Assembly: GCA_964571635.1 (NCBI GenBank) | Contig: CAZNCN010000001.1 | Span: forward strand, 37,705 to 101,704 | Direction: 5' to 3' | Length of the DNA: 64,000 nucleotides | Source of the DNA: an uncultured Ruminococcus sp. | GTDB lineage: Bacteria; Bacillota; Clostridia; Oscillospirales; CAG-382 | Part shown: in pieces, positions 57,128 to 64,000 of the stretch | Position numbering within the stretch: position 1 is the stretch's first letter | Layout: every line of letters starts with the position of its first letter | The notes under the pieces: generated by a model | Database searches by the model: none | Told to the model about the DNA's origin: nothing | Seen by the model: only the letters and a program-made list of their open reading frames with translations | Program-made: the position numbers and the translations under genes

Positions 57128-58017
57128 GCAGCCATATCAGAATGCTTTCATATCTGCCGACAGGCGTGAGAGAGGCATTTATCTCAATGAAAAAAGAAAC
57201 GCTCTATTCTGTCGACGAGATTCGCCTGCGCCGCGGCTCTGCACTCGCCGTTGTTTCAAACGGCAAAAACAGATTTGTTTCTGTCTTTGGTGAGCTGTGC
57301 GAGCTCGGCAATGCCTTGGTCGTCGACGAAAAAATGCTTGCGGAGTGCATAAGGCTGCTCACAAACGCCTCACGGTATGCGCTCGACGATGCGATAGCGA
57401 GCGGATACATTCCACTCGGTGGAATGCGTGCGGGCGTTTGCGGCAGAGCTGTGACAAAAAACGGTTCGGTGCAGACCGTCGCCGAGATAACAGGCATTGC
57501 ACTGCGCATAACAAGGCGAGTGGATAAATTCGCCATGCCGCTTTATGAAAAATATAAAATTGACGGACTTGCGGGTGCGCTGGTCATTTCGCCGCCGTCG
57601 GGCGGCAAAACGACGTTTTTGAGATCGCTTATATATCTGCTTTGCAGATCACACCGTGTCGCCGTCTGCGACAGTCGGGGCGAGCTTATATGTGAAGGGC
57701 TCGAGAAATTGCCTGTCGATTTCATGTCGTTTTGCCCAAAATCATATGCCATCGAGGCGCTTACACGCACTATGACTCCCGAAATAATTATATGCGACGA
57801 GCTGGGTTCGGGTGAGGAGCAATGCATCATGCAAAACGCCTCGTGCGGTGTGCCTATTGCCGCCTCTGTACACGCCGCCTCTGCCTTTGAAGCGATGCGG
57901 CGACCGTTTGTAAAGCACCTGTGCGAAGCAGGAATATTTAAATATGCGGTCGAGCTTGCTGCGAAAGACGATGCCCACAGCGTAAGCATCAGCGAAATAT
58001 CGGGGTATCTGCCGTGA
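57124..58017 (+). CDS. spoIIIAA: Stage III sporulation protein AA (ATPase)
   Basis: EIRLRRGSALAV pattern, Walker A SPPSGGKTTFLRS, Walker B-like IIICDELG. First gene of a complete spoIIIA operon. Confidence 0.85.
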   Translation: MSSHIRMLSYLPTGVREAFISMKKETLYSVDEIRLRRGSALAVVSNGKNRFVSVFGELCELGNALVVDEKMLAECIRLLTNASRYALDDAIASGYIPLGGMRAGVCGRAVTKNGSVQTVAEITGIALRITRRVDKFAMPLYEKYKIDGLAGALVISPPSGGKTTFLRSLIYLLCRSHRVAVCDSRGELICEGLEKLPVDFMSFCPKSYAIEALTRTMTPEIIICDELGSGEEQCIMQNASCGVPIAASVHAASAFEAMRRPFVKHLCEAGIFKYAVELAAKDDAHSVSISEISGYLP

Positions 58018-58490
58018 AAGTGCTCGGTGCTTTGGCGGTGGCGATATGCTGCTATCTTGCAGGCTGTTCATTCTCGGCAAGGCAAAAAGCATCATGCGCT
58101 AACCTGCGAGGAATGATAAGGCTGCTGACACACATGCAGAGCCGTATCAAAAACAGTGCCATGCCGCTTGCCGAGATATTTGCCACATTCAGCGATGATG
58201 CGCTCGAAAGCAGCGGATTTCTGCCCGAATTGCGTCTGCACGGTGCGGCGGGCTTTGCAAACGCACTGTCGATAATCGACCTGCCGCCTGATTGCTCTGA
58301 TGCGCTCGAAATATTCGGCGGAACGCTCGGTACTCTTTGCGCCGACGATCAGCTTTCAGAGCTCACGCTCGTGCTTGACGAGATGACAGAGCATTATGAC
58401 AGAGCGGTCAAGGCACTGCCCGCAAAGCAAAAGATAACACGCACGGTCTGGGGGCTGGCAGGTGCGCTCATAGCGATCATGCTGATATAA
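58014..58490 (+). CDS. spoIIIAB: Stage III sporulation protein AB
   Basis: 158 aa. N-terminal TM and operon position. GTG start overlapping the spoIIIAA stop (GTGA). Confidence 0.75.
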   Translation: MKVLGALAVAICCYLAGCSFSARQKASCANLRGMIRLLTHMQSRIKNSAMPLAEIFATFSDDALESSGFLPELRLHGAAGFANALSIIDLPPDCSDALEIFGGTLGTLCADDQLSELTLVLDEMTEHYDRAVKALPAKQKITRTVWGLAGALIAIMLI

Positions 58491-58511
58491 AAATCTTTTT
58501 TGGTGAATGCA

Positions 58512-58706
58512 ATGAACATAGCGATGGTTTTAAAAATAGTCGGTGTCGGCATCATCGTCGGCGTCGCCTGCCAATTATTGCAAAAAAGCGGGCGTGACGA
58601 GCAGGCGACACTCGTCACGGTCGCAGGCATCGTAATAGTTATGCTGCTGCTGTCAAAAGAGATCGGCACGCTTTTCAGTTCGATCAGAGCGGTGTTTGGG
58701 CTATGA
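58512..58706 (+). CDS. spoIIIAC: Stage III sporulation protein AC
   Basis: About 64 aa with two TM helices. IAMVLKIVGVGIIVGVACQLLQKSGRDEQA resembles the SpoIIIAC core. Alternative TTG/GTG starts at 58500 and 58503. Confidence 0.8.
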   Translation: MNIAMVLKIVGVGIIVGVACQLLQKSGRDEQATLVTVAGIVIVMLLLSKEIGTLFSSIRAVFGL

Positions 58707-59083
58707 GTATTTTCGCCGTCTGCGGAGCGGCAATCGTTTTTTGCTGTGGCGGCATGATACTGCGTGCGATCAAGCCCGAGCTCTCGCCCGCCTACACGGC
58801 GGTATCGGTCTGCATACTGACCTGCTGCTGTATAAATGCGGTCTCGCCGCTGATAACAGAGCTTGTTTCTCTGGCAAGCGCAAGCGGCATCGGCAATTGG
58901 ATAAGCCCCTTGCTCAAGGCGATAGCCGCCTCGATAGGCTGCGAGACCGCCGCCGACCTTTGCAAAGACTGCGGCGAAAGCTCGATGGCGTCAAAAATAG
59001 AATTCATGTGCCGCATATACATCCTGCTGCTTTCGCTGCCGCTGATAAAGCAGGTCATAGATGTGACGAGGGGACTTTTGTGA
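58703..59083 (+). CDS. spoIIIAD: Stage III sporulation protein AD
   Basis: 126 aa, polytopic. ATGA overlap with spoIIIAC. Operon position. Confidence 0.8.
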   Translation: MSIFAVCGAAIVFCCGGMILRAIKPELSPAYTAVSVCILTCCCINAVSPLITELVSLASASGIGNWISPLLKAIAASIGCETAADLCKDCGESSMASKIEFMCRIYILLLSLPLIKQVIDVTRGLL

Positions 59084-60171
59084 TGAGAACGCTTTTTAAG
59101 CTGCTGATGCTTGTCATAGCAGCGGCATTTATATTCGCCCTGCCTGTCGATGCCAAAGCCGACGAAATTTCGTCACCCGATCTTGGCGACCTTGCAGACA
59201 ACGAGCTTATCACAGATGCCGAAGCCGACGGAACAGAGTCTATAAACATAGCAGACAAGCTCATCGAAAGCCTTTCAAGCAGCATATCCTCGGCACTCAA
59301 AAGCACCTTGCCGTCGTTTGCGTCGATTTTGGCGGTGCTGACGCTTTCGGGACTGCTGGCGGCGTTCGTCGACGGCAAAAGCGAGCAGATAAATGCGGCT
59401 TACTCGTTTCTGTCGATACTTGCGCTCGGGCTTATTGTTTATCCGCAATGCACGATGCTCATGAATTATGTTTCAAAATGCGCAGACCTGCTGTCAAGGG
59501 TCTCGGTATCTGTTGCGGCAGGCTGTACGACGCTTTATATACTCGACGGCTGTGCATCTGCCGCCGCAGTCAATGCCGCTTCAATGTCATTGCTGGGCAC
59601 TGCGCTCGAAGTGATCGCCTCGGGAGCGCTCATGCCTTTCATGCATTCTGCACTTGCGTTGTCGATGGCAGGTGCATTGCCCGGCGTGGCAGACCTGTCA
59701 CCTGTTTCGAGGTTTATAAAAAACACTATAACGACAGTCATGGCATTTATTTTTACAATATACGGCTTTGCAAACTATGTTCAGACCGCAATAGCAACGG
59801 CGGCGGACGGATATGCGTATCGCACGATAAGATTTTCGGCAGGCGTAATGATACCCGTCATCGGCAATATGCTGGGCGAAGCCTCTCGAACAGTCAGCGG
59901 AAGCATAGCAGTCATGCGCGCGACAGTCGGCTCGGCAGGCATCGCTGCGGTGATTGCCACGCTTTTGCCGCCTATAATAACGGTTTTATGCTATCGCTTA
60001 GTGCTTTCACTCTCGGCTGTTGCGGCAGGTCTGCTCGGCTGCGAGCGTGAAAGACGCTTTTTGTCAGACCTCTCGGGAATGATAAGCGTGCTTTTTGCGC
60101 TCGTTTCGGGTGTCGCACTGACCGCCGTGATAACGCTTGCGATGTTTATCAGAATGGGAAATCAGGGATGA
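59083..60171 (+). CDS. spoIIIAE: Stage III sporulation protein AE
   Basis: Start at the ATG 59083 (TGATG overlap with spoIIIAD). Signal peptide MRTLFKLLMLVIAAAFIFALPVDA, then a polytopic membrane domain. The 129-codon upstream extension in the ORF track overlaps AC/AD and is rejected. Confidence 0.8.
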   Translation: MRTLFKLLMLVIAAAFIFALPVDAKADEISSPDLGDLADNELITDAEADGTESINIADKLIESLSSSISSALKSTLPSFASILAVLTLSGLLAAFVDGKSEQINAAYSFLSILALGLIVYPQCTMLMNYVSKCADLLSRVSVSVAAGCTTLYILDGCASAAAVNAASMSLLGTALEVIASGALMPFMHSALALSMAGALPGVADLSPVSRFIKNTITTVMAFIFTIYGFANYVQTAIATAADGYAYRTIRFSAGVMIPVIGNMLGEASRTVSGSIAVMRATVGSAGIAAVIATLLPPIITVLCYRLVLSLSAVAAGLLGCERERRFLSDLSGMISVLFALVSGVALTAVITLAMFIRMGNQG

Positions 60172-60608
60172 GGGACTATATTTTTATCATTTCGATCTCG
60201 TCGATCATCGGCGGCACGGCAATACTGCTGGCAAGCCCCGGGATGCAAAAGCCTGTCAAATTCATTGCGGCGCTTTGTATGCTGTTGCTGATCATAAGCC
60301 CGTTTGCAAACATAAAAAACGCTGCAATGCCGTCGACGGATTTCTCGGAAGCGGCAGAAAGCATTTATACTGCTGCGGCAGAACGAACATACAGCGAGGC
60401 GTGCCGAATAGCCGAAGAGCATATTATCGACAGCATCTATGCCGAGTTCGGCATAAAACCGACCTCATGCCGCATATTCTATGACAGCACATCGGGCGGC
60501 GTGTGTGTGATCGATCTCGGCAGTCAGGCGGCAGACCTCGACGCAATCGAAAAATTTGTGCAAAAGCTCTCGGGAGTGAGGGCTGAGGTGGTCAGGAATG
60601 AACATTAG
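60168..60608 (+). CDS. spoIIIAF: Stage III sporulation protein AF
   Basis: 146 aa. Two N-terminal TM helices. ATGA overlap with spoIIIAE. Confidence 0.75.
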   Translation: MRDYIFIISISSIIGGTAILLASPGMQKPVKFIAALCMLLLIISPFANIKNAAMPSTDFSEAAESIYTAAAERTYSEACRIAEEHIIDSIYAEFGIKPTSCRIFYDSTSGGVCVIDLGSQAADLDAIEKFVQKLSGVRAEVVRNEH

Positions 60609-61092
60609 CAATGCTTTTTCAAAGCTCAAAAAAAGCAAAGGGATATGCTACCTCGCCATAGGAGTCTTGGCAGCGGTGATACTCTATTTAATTCCGACAA
60701 GCTCGGCAGAGCCGACTGAAAATGTGCTTTCCAGCATCGAATATTGCAAGATGCTCGAATCAGACACACAGGCATTACTCTGCCGCATCGAGGGCGTCAA
60801 CAAATGCGACGTGATAATAACGCTCGCAAGCGGGTTTGAATACACATATGCTTCAGACAAATATACGCAGCAAAAGTTTTATTCCGACGGCACGCCGGAC
60901 ACGATAGAAGCAAAAAGCGAGATATTTGCGCCGTCGGACGGCAATGCGCTGCAAGTCAAAGAAAAGATGCCCCAGGTCGCAGGCGTCGCCGTCGTTTGCA
61001 GCGGAGCAGATGCTGCCACGAGACTCAAGATAATTTCGCTGCTGACAGCACTTTTCGGCGTAGGCAGCGACCGCATCAGCGTTCAGACATAA
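60598..61092 (+). CDS. spoIIIAG: Stage III sporulation protein AG
   Basis: 164 aa. N-terminal TM. C-terminal ring-building-motif-like region (VAGVAVVCSGADAATRLKIISLLTALFGV). Confidence 0.8.
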   Translation: MNISNAFSKLKKSKGICYLAIGVLAAVILYLIPTSSAEPTENVLSSIEYCKMLESDTQALLCRIEGVNKCDVIITLASGFEYTYASDKYTQQKFYSDGTPDTIEAKSEIFAPSDGNALQVKEKMPQVAGVAVVCSGADAATRLKIISLLTALFGVGSDRISVQT

Positions 61093-61126
61093 ATAAACAT
61101 ACACCAATTTTTTCAGGAGGAGCATT

Positions 61127-61720
61127 ATGAACATCAAAGAGCTTGGTCAAAAAATAAAGCAGACCGATTACAAAAAAATGTTTGGCACAAAAACGTTTTT
61201 GATCGTCTGCTGTGTCGTTCTCGTGGCGGTATCGCTGCTGGTCGCATCACTCATCGATGTGCAGACAAACGGTCAGCAGGCAGGCAAGGACGAGAGCGAT
61301 TCAAAAACGCTCGGCAATACCATTCTCACCGACACGATGTCGGGTGACGACCTCAAGGACGCCATAGCCGACGGCGAGGATTATTTTGCCGTTTCGGCGA
61401 TCAACCGCCAAAAGACGCGTGACGAGGCACTCAGCCTGCTCAAAGCAATAGCCGAGGATCCCGACTCGATGCCCGATGCCGCAGCAGAAGCACTCGCTTC
61501 GATCAACGCCATGGCAAAGCAGATGGATGCAGAAGCCGACATCGAAGCGCTCGTCAAGGCAAAGGGCTTTGAGGACTGCGTCGCCGTCGTCGGCGATGAT
61601 GCCTGCACGGTCATAGTCAGATCGGACGGACTCGTCACAGACCAGGTCGCACAGATACTCGAGATAGCCATGCAGGCAAGCGGTCTGCCTGCCTCGGGAA
61701 TAACGGTGATAGAGAAGTAA
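61127..61720 (+). CDS. spoIIIAH: Stage III sporulation protein AH
   Basis: 197 aa. N-terminal TM, acidic linker, C-terminal YscJ/FliF-like domain (VAVVGDDACTVIVRSDGL). Last gene of the operon. Confidence 0.8.
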   Translation: MNIKELGQKIKQTDYKKMFGTKTFLIVCCVVLVAVSLLVASLIDVQTNGQQAGKDESDSKTLGNTILTDTMSGDDLKDAIADGEDYFAVSAINRQKTRDEALSLLKAIAEDPDSMPDAAAEALASINAMAKQMDAEADIEALVKAKGFEDCVAVVGDDACTVIVRSDGLVTDQVAQILEIAMQASGLPASGITVIEK

Positions 61721-61726
61721 AAAAAG

Positions 61727-61752
61727 CGGGTCTCGGTGACCCGCTTTTTTTA
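61727..61752. terminator. Bidirectional rho-independent terminator
   Basis: AAAAAA-GCGGGTC-TCGGT-GACCCGC-TTTTTTT. Confidence 0.8.
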
Positions 61753-61768
61753 GTTAATAATGAATAAG

Positions 61769-61799
61769 TAAGGAGGACTTTCGCATATATGCGAAAATC
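61769..61799. repeat. Palindromic element, copy B
   Basis: TAAGGAGGACTTTCGCATATATGCGAAAATC aligns with 28482-28514 (TAAGGTGGATTTTCGCATAGATGTGCGAAAATC): 28 of 31 positions plus a 2-nt indel. Confidence 0.7.
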
Positions 61800-61813
61800 G
61801 GCGAAACGCAATA

Positions 61814-63424
61814 TCACTTCTCAAAATAATTTCCGCCGACGAACAGTGTTTGGTCGACGAACGTATTGCCGACAGAAACCGCCACATGTGCAACGCTGCC
61901 GAGCGTCCAGGTATAGCCGCTGTTGCCGCTCTGACCGATGATCTGTCCCTGCGACATGACGTCGCCGACATTGCAGGTTATGATCGAGAGGTTGAAATAA
62001 TAGCTATACACTCCGTACCCGTGCGAAATGATCACCGTGTTGCCCGTGGTTGCTGTCGCCTGTGCAAAAACGACCTCGCCACGCTGCATAGCCCTTACCG
62101 GCGTGCCGCTGCCGACAGAATAGACGTTGCCCGGCAGTCTGATGAGGCGGCCGCTGCCTGCGACGACGGCAACATCGCCAAAGCTTGCCGACTTGCTTGC
62201 CGTGACTGCGTTCTCAAACTTAGCACCCATATCGAAATAAGCGGTGCTTGCTCTGCTCGAGGTGAGCGAATCGAAGGTTTCTTTGAGCCCATCGAGTATC
62301 TCGGTGCTGAGCATCGAATTATATTCTTCTGTCGTTTCGAGCAACGGCAGTGTTTCGCCCTCTGTTTCGCTGACAAACAGTTTGACAGTCTGAACAGAAC
62401 CGCCGAGGTCGAAATTGATGTCATAAAGTCCCGATGCGCAATCGGCGTTGACAGGCAAAAGCGCAAAATCTCTGCCGCTTGCCTCATCGTGATACGGGAT
62501 TATATTGCCCGTCCTGATATCTGTGCTGAAGCTGATTATATCGTCGCTGCTGAGGTGCTCGATGTTTATCACAACAAATCCGCCTGCCGCCACGCTCTCT
62601 CTCGAGAGGCTGACTGTGGCAGGGATATCATACAGCATAGTCAGGCAGTATTCTGCCTCGCCGTAATAATCGTGCGATTCCGAGCGAGTCCATTTGGCTT
62701 TAAAGCTTGCGGTTATCACCGTATCATCGTCAAAAACCAAGGTTTCTATGCCCGAAACAGGCAGGATCGCACCGTCCGAAGTGACAAACTCGACATCATA
62801 TATCTCGTCTGGCTCGACCGAAAATCTGAGCGTATTGCTCCTGCCGTCATAAAAATGCAGGGTCTTGCCGTCATACGTCGGCGAGGTACGGTCGGCATAA
62901 AACACTCCGTCGACCTTTTTATAGCTCCATGAATAAGAATCGGGATACGCTATCTCAGTGCTGCCGCCCGAAACGACCTGCAATTGCGGCAGCATGATGT
63001 CGTGGTAAAGATAAAGACACTCTGCACGGCAGAGGTATTCTCTGGCGGCGAGCTCACTCATAAGGAATATCCTGCCCTTTTCGTCATAAAACATACAGCC
63101 CGAAAGGTTCGTTGAGGGATAAAGCTTATAAACCTGCTTTTCGCTGCCTCTGATATAGGTTATAGTTATCGGCGTCTCTGAATGCACGTCACGCACAGGT
63201 GAGGCGATCTCTTTGACGTCTGTCAAAAGCGAGCAGTAATAATCTATATCGCTGCGTCCGGTGTAGGTATAGCTCTTGCCGTCTGTCAAAACGACGTTGA
63301 CGCTGTCGGTACCGTCGAGCGCTATGCTTTGTCTGAAATAATTTACAAGCAATATGGCTATAAACACGAGCGGAATGAGGAACACTGCCGTCACGATAGC
63401 CTTGAAATTCTGTTTCTTTTGCAT
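61814..63424 (-). CDS. Membrane-anchored protein with a C-terminal degenerate LytM/M23 peptidase domain
   Basis: 536 aa from the ATG at 63424 (GGAGCGATAAA-ATG). N-terminal TM. C-terminal GTPVRAMQRGEVVF...GNTVIISHGYGVYSYYFNLS...GQIIGQSGNSG fits the M23 scaffold, but HxxxD reads LPGNV and HxH reads VAH. Confidence 0.65.
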   Translation of the reverse strand: MQKKQNFKAIVTAVFLIPLVFIAILLVNYFRQSIALDGTDSVNVVLTDGKSYTYTGRSDIDYYCSLLTDVKEIASPVRDVHSETPITITYIRGSEKQVYKLYPSTNLSGCMFYDEKGRIFLMSELAAREYLCRAECLYLYHDIMLPQLQVVSGGSTEIAYPDSYSWSYKKVDGVFYADRTSPTYDGKTLHFYDGRSNTLRFSVEPDEIYDVEFVTSDGAILPVSGIETLVFDDDTVITASFKAKWTRSESHDYYGEAEYCLTMLYDIPATVSLSRESVAAGGFVVINIEHLSSDDIISFSTDIRTGNIIPYHDEASGRDFALLPVNADCASGLYDINFDLGGSVQTVKLFVSETEGETLPLLETTEEYNSMLSTEILDGLKETFDSLTSSRASTAYFDMGAKFENAVTASKSASFGDVAVVAGSGRLIRLPGNVYSVGSGTPVRAMQRGEVVFAQATATTGNTVIISHGYGVYSYYFNLSIITCNVGDVMSQGQIIGQSGNSGYTWTLGSVAHVAVSVGNTFVDQTLFVGGNYFEK

Positions 63425-63536
63425 TTTATCGCTCCTTTTCTTATCAATTATAGCATTTAAGTGCTGTTTAGTCAATGAATATATCGCACCAAAAATGTGC
63501 AAACTTGTTAAAAGGGTCAAACGAAAGGTGAAATAT

Positions 63537-64000
63537 CATGACAGACAAGCAAAAATTGCTGTCGCTGTTTGCAAACTGCGACGACCTCGTGACTGTTTCG
63601 GCAGGCTCGGCAGAGGTATGCTATATCAAAAGCGTGTGCGACACCATATACATCGCAAGGCAGATAGTGCGCCCGCTGTCAAGCGGTGTGATAAACCTGC
63701 CTGTCGCGGCGATAAAAGAATTGACAGAAGTGCAAGAGATGAGCGATGCGATGGTCAGAGGCAACGCAATTGTTTTTCGCGGCAAAAAAGTCTTTTGCGT
63801 TCCTGCCGTCAGAGAGGCATCACGCTCTGTCGGTGCGGCAGAAAGTGACATCACGGTCAAAGGTCCAAAGGCGGCATTCACCGAGGACGTCGACACCAAC
63901 CTTTCGCTTTTGCGGCGGTATATTCGCACAGACCGCTTAAAAAGCATCGCTTTTGACATAGGAGAGCAGACCAGAACAAGGGTACTTTTGTGCTATGTCG
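63537..64000 (+). CDS. Spore germination protein, GerA (GerAA/SpoVAF) family, N-terminal fragment (runs off window)
   Basis: Hand translation MTDKQKLLSLF...ESDITVKGPKAAFTEDVDTNLSLLRRYIRTDRLK matches the GerA-family motif (E..v.GP...F.E....N..L.RR.i). AAAGGTGA RBS. No stop before the window end. Confidence 0.75.

Noticed and set aside
58696-59082. 129-codon N-terminal extension of the spoIIIAE ORF (the 491-aa version).
   Set aside because: It overlaps spoIIIAC and spoIIIAD in another frame and is Arg-rich and low-complexity. A signal-peptide-encoding ATG at 59083 overlaps the spoIIIAD stop and gives a normal SpoIIIAE.
61789-61941. 50-codon ORF starting at the ATG inside palindromic element B, downstream of AAGGAGG.
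   Set aside because: The SD-ATG spacing is 12 nt. The product is extremely Arg/Cys-rich and runs antisense to the conserved LytM domain. The homologous copy A gives only an 8-codon ORF, so the SD-like sequence is part of the hairpin arm.
63425-63536. Possible forespore (sigma-G/F-type) promoter GAATA-18-CAAACTT upstream of the gerA-family gene.
   Set aside because: The -10 deviates from the CAxxxTA pattern at the last position, and I cannot evaluate it statistically by eye. It is left as a suggestion only.

Overview
This 64-kb chromosomal window comes from an endospore-forming Firmicute, Clostridia-like and roughly mid-50s % GC by eye. It is almost entirely coding, and I recognised no rRNA, tRNA, CRISPR array, IS element or prophage. 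All family calls come from reading the translated ORFs for conserved motifs and synteny. No database search or computation was run, so they are recognitions, not hits.

Most of the window is core housekeeping:
- rny-ymdB-yajC at the left edge.
- One long minus-strand array (6.0-25.1 kb): cobB, copA, rlmH, tcdA, rqcH, nif3, split transketolase, rluD, lspA, ileS, divIVA, yggT, sepF, ylmE/yggS, miaA and queA.
- dapA, yhaM and birA.
- A zur-znuACB operon with a clear Fur-family box.
- mscS, ftsK, uppP and metY.
- A complete spoVB-spoIIIAA..AH operon, followed by the start of a gerA-family gene.

The accessory-looking parts are:
1. Two tandem paralogous ABC-type lipoprotein binding proteins with no permease or ATPase nearby (28.5-31.7 kb).
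2. A GH20 hexosaminidase abutting a large beta-lactamase-fold hydrolase (36.4-39.8 kb).
3. A 1698-aa membrane-anchored subtilase carrying beta-propeller-like repeats, a dockerin and a cohesin-like module (46.7-51.8 kb).
4. A divergent four-gene module: an XRE regulator and an E2/CAT-fold protein lacking the catalytic His, facing an FAD oxidoreductase and a CPBP protease, with a duplicated palindrome on both core promoters (51.9-55.5 kb).
5. A 536-aa membrane protein with a degenerate LytM domain, convergent on spoIIIAH.

Other observations:
- Two families of short conserved intergenic hairpins, two copies each.
- A perfect 14-bp tandem repeat.
- A 57-aa ferredoxin gene below the ORF-track cutoff.

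I see no compelling signature of a known defence or mobile system. The novelty candidates are hypotheses and are scored modestly.
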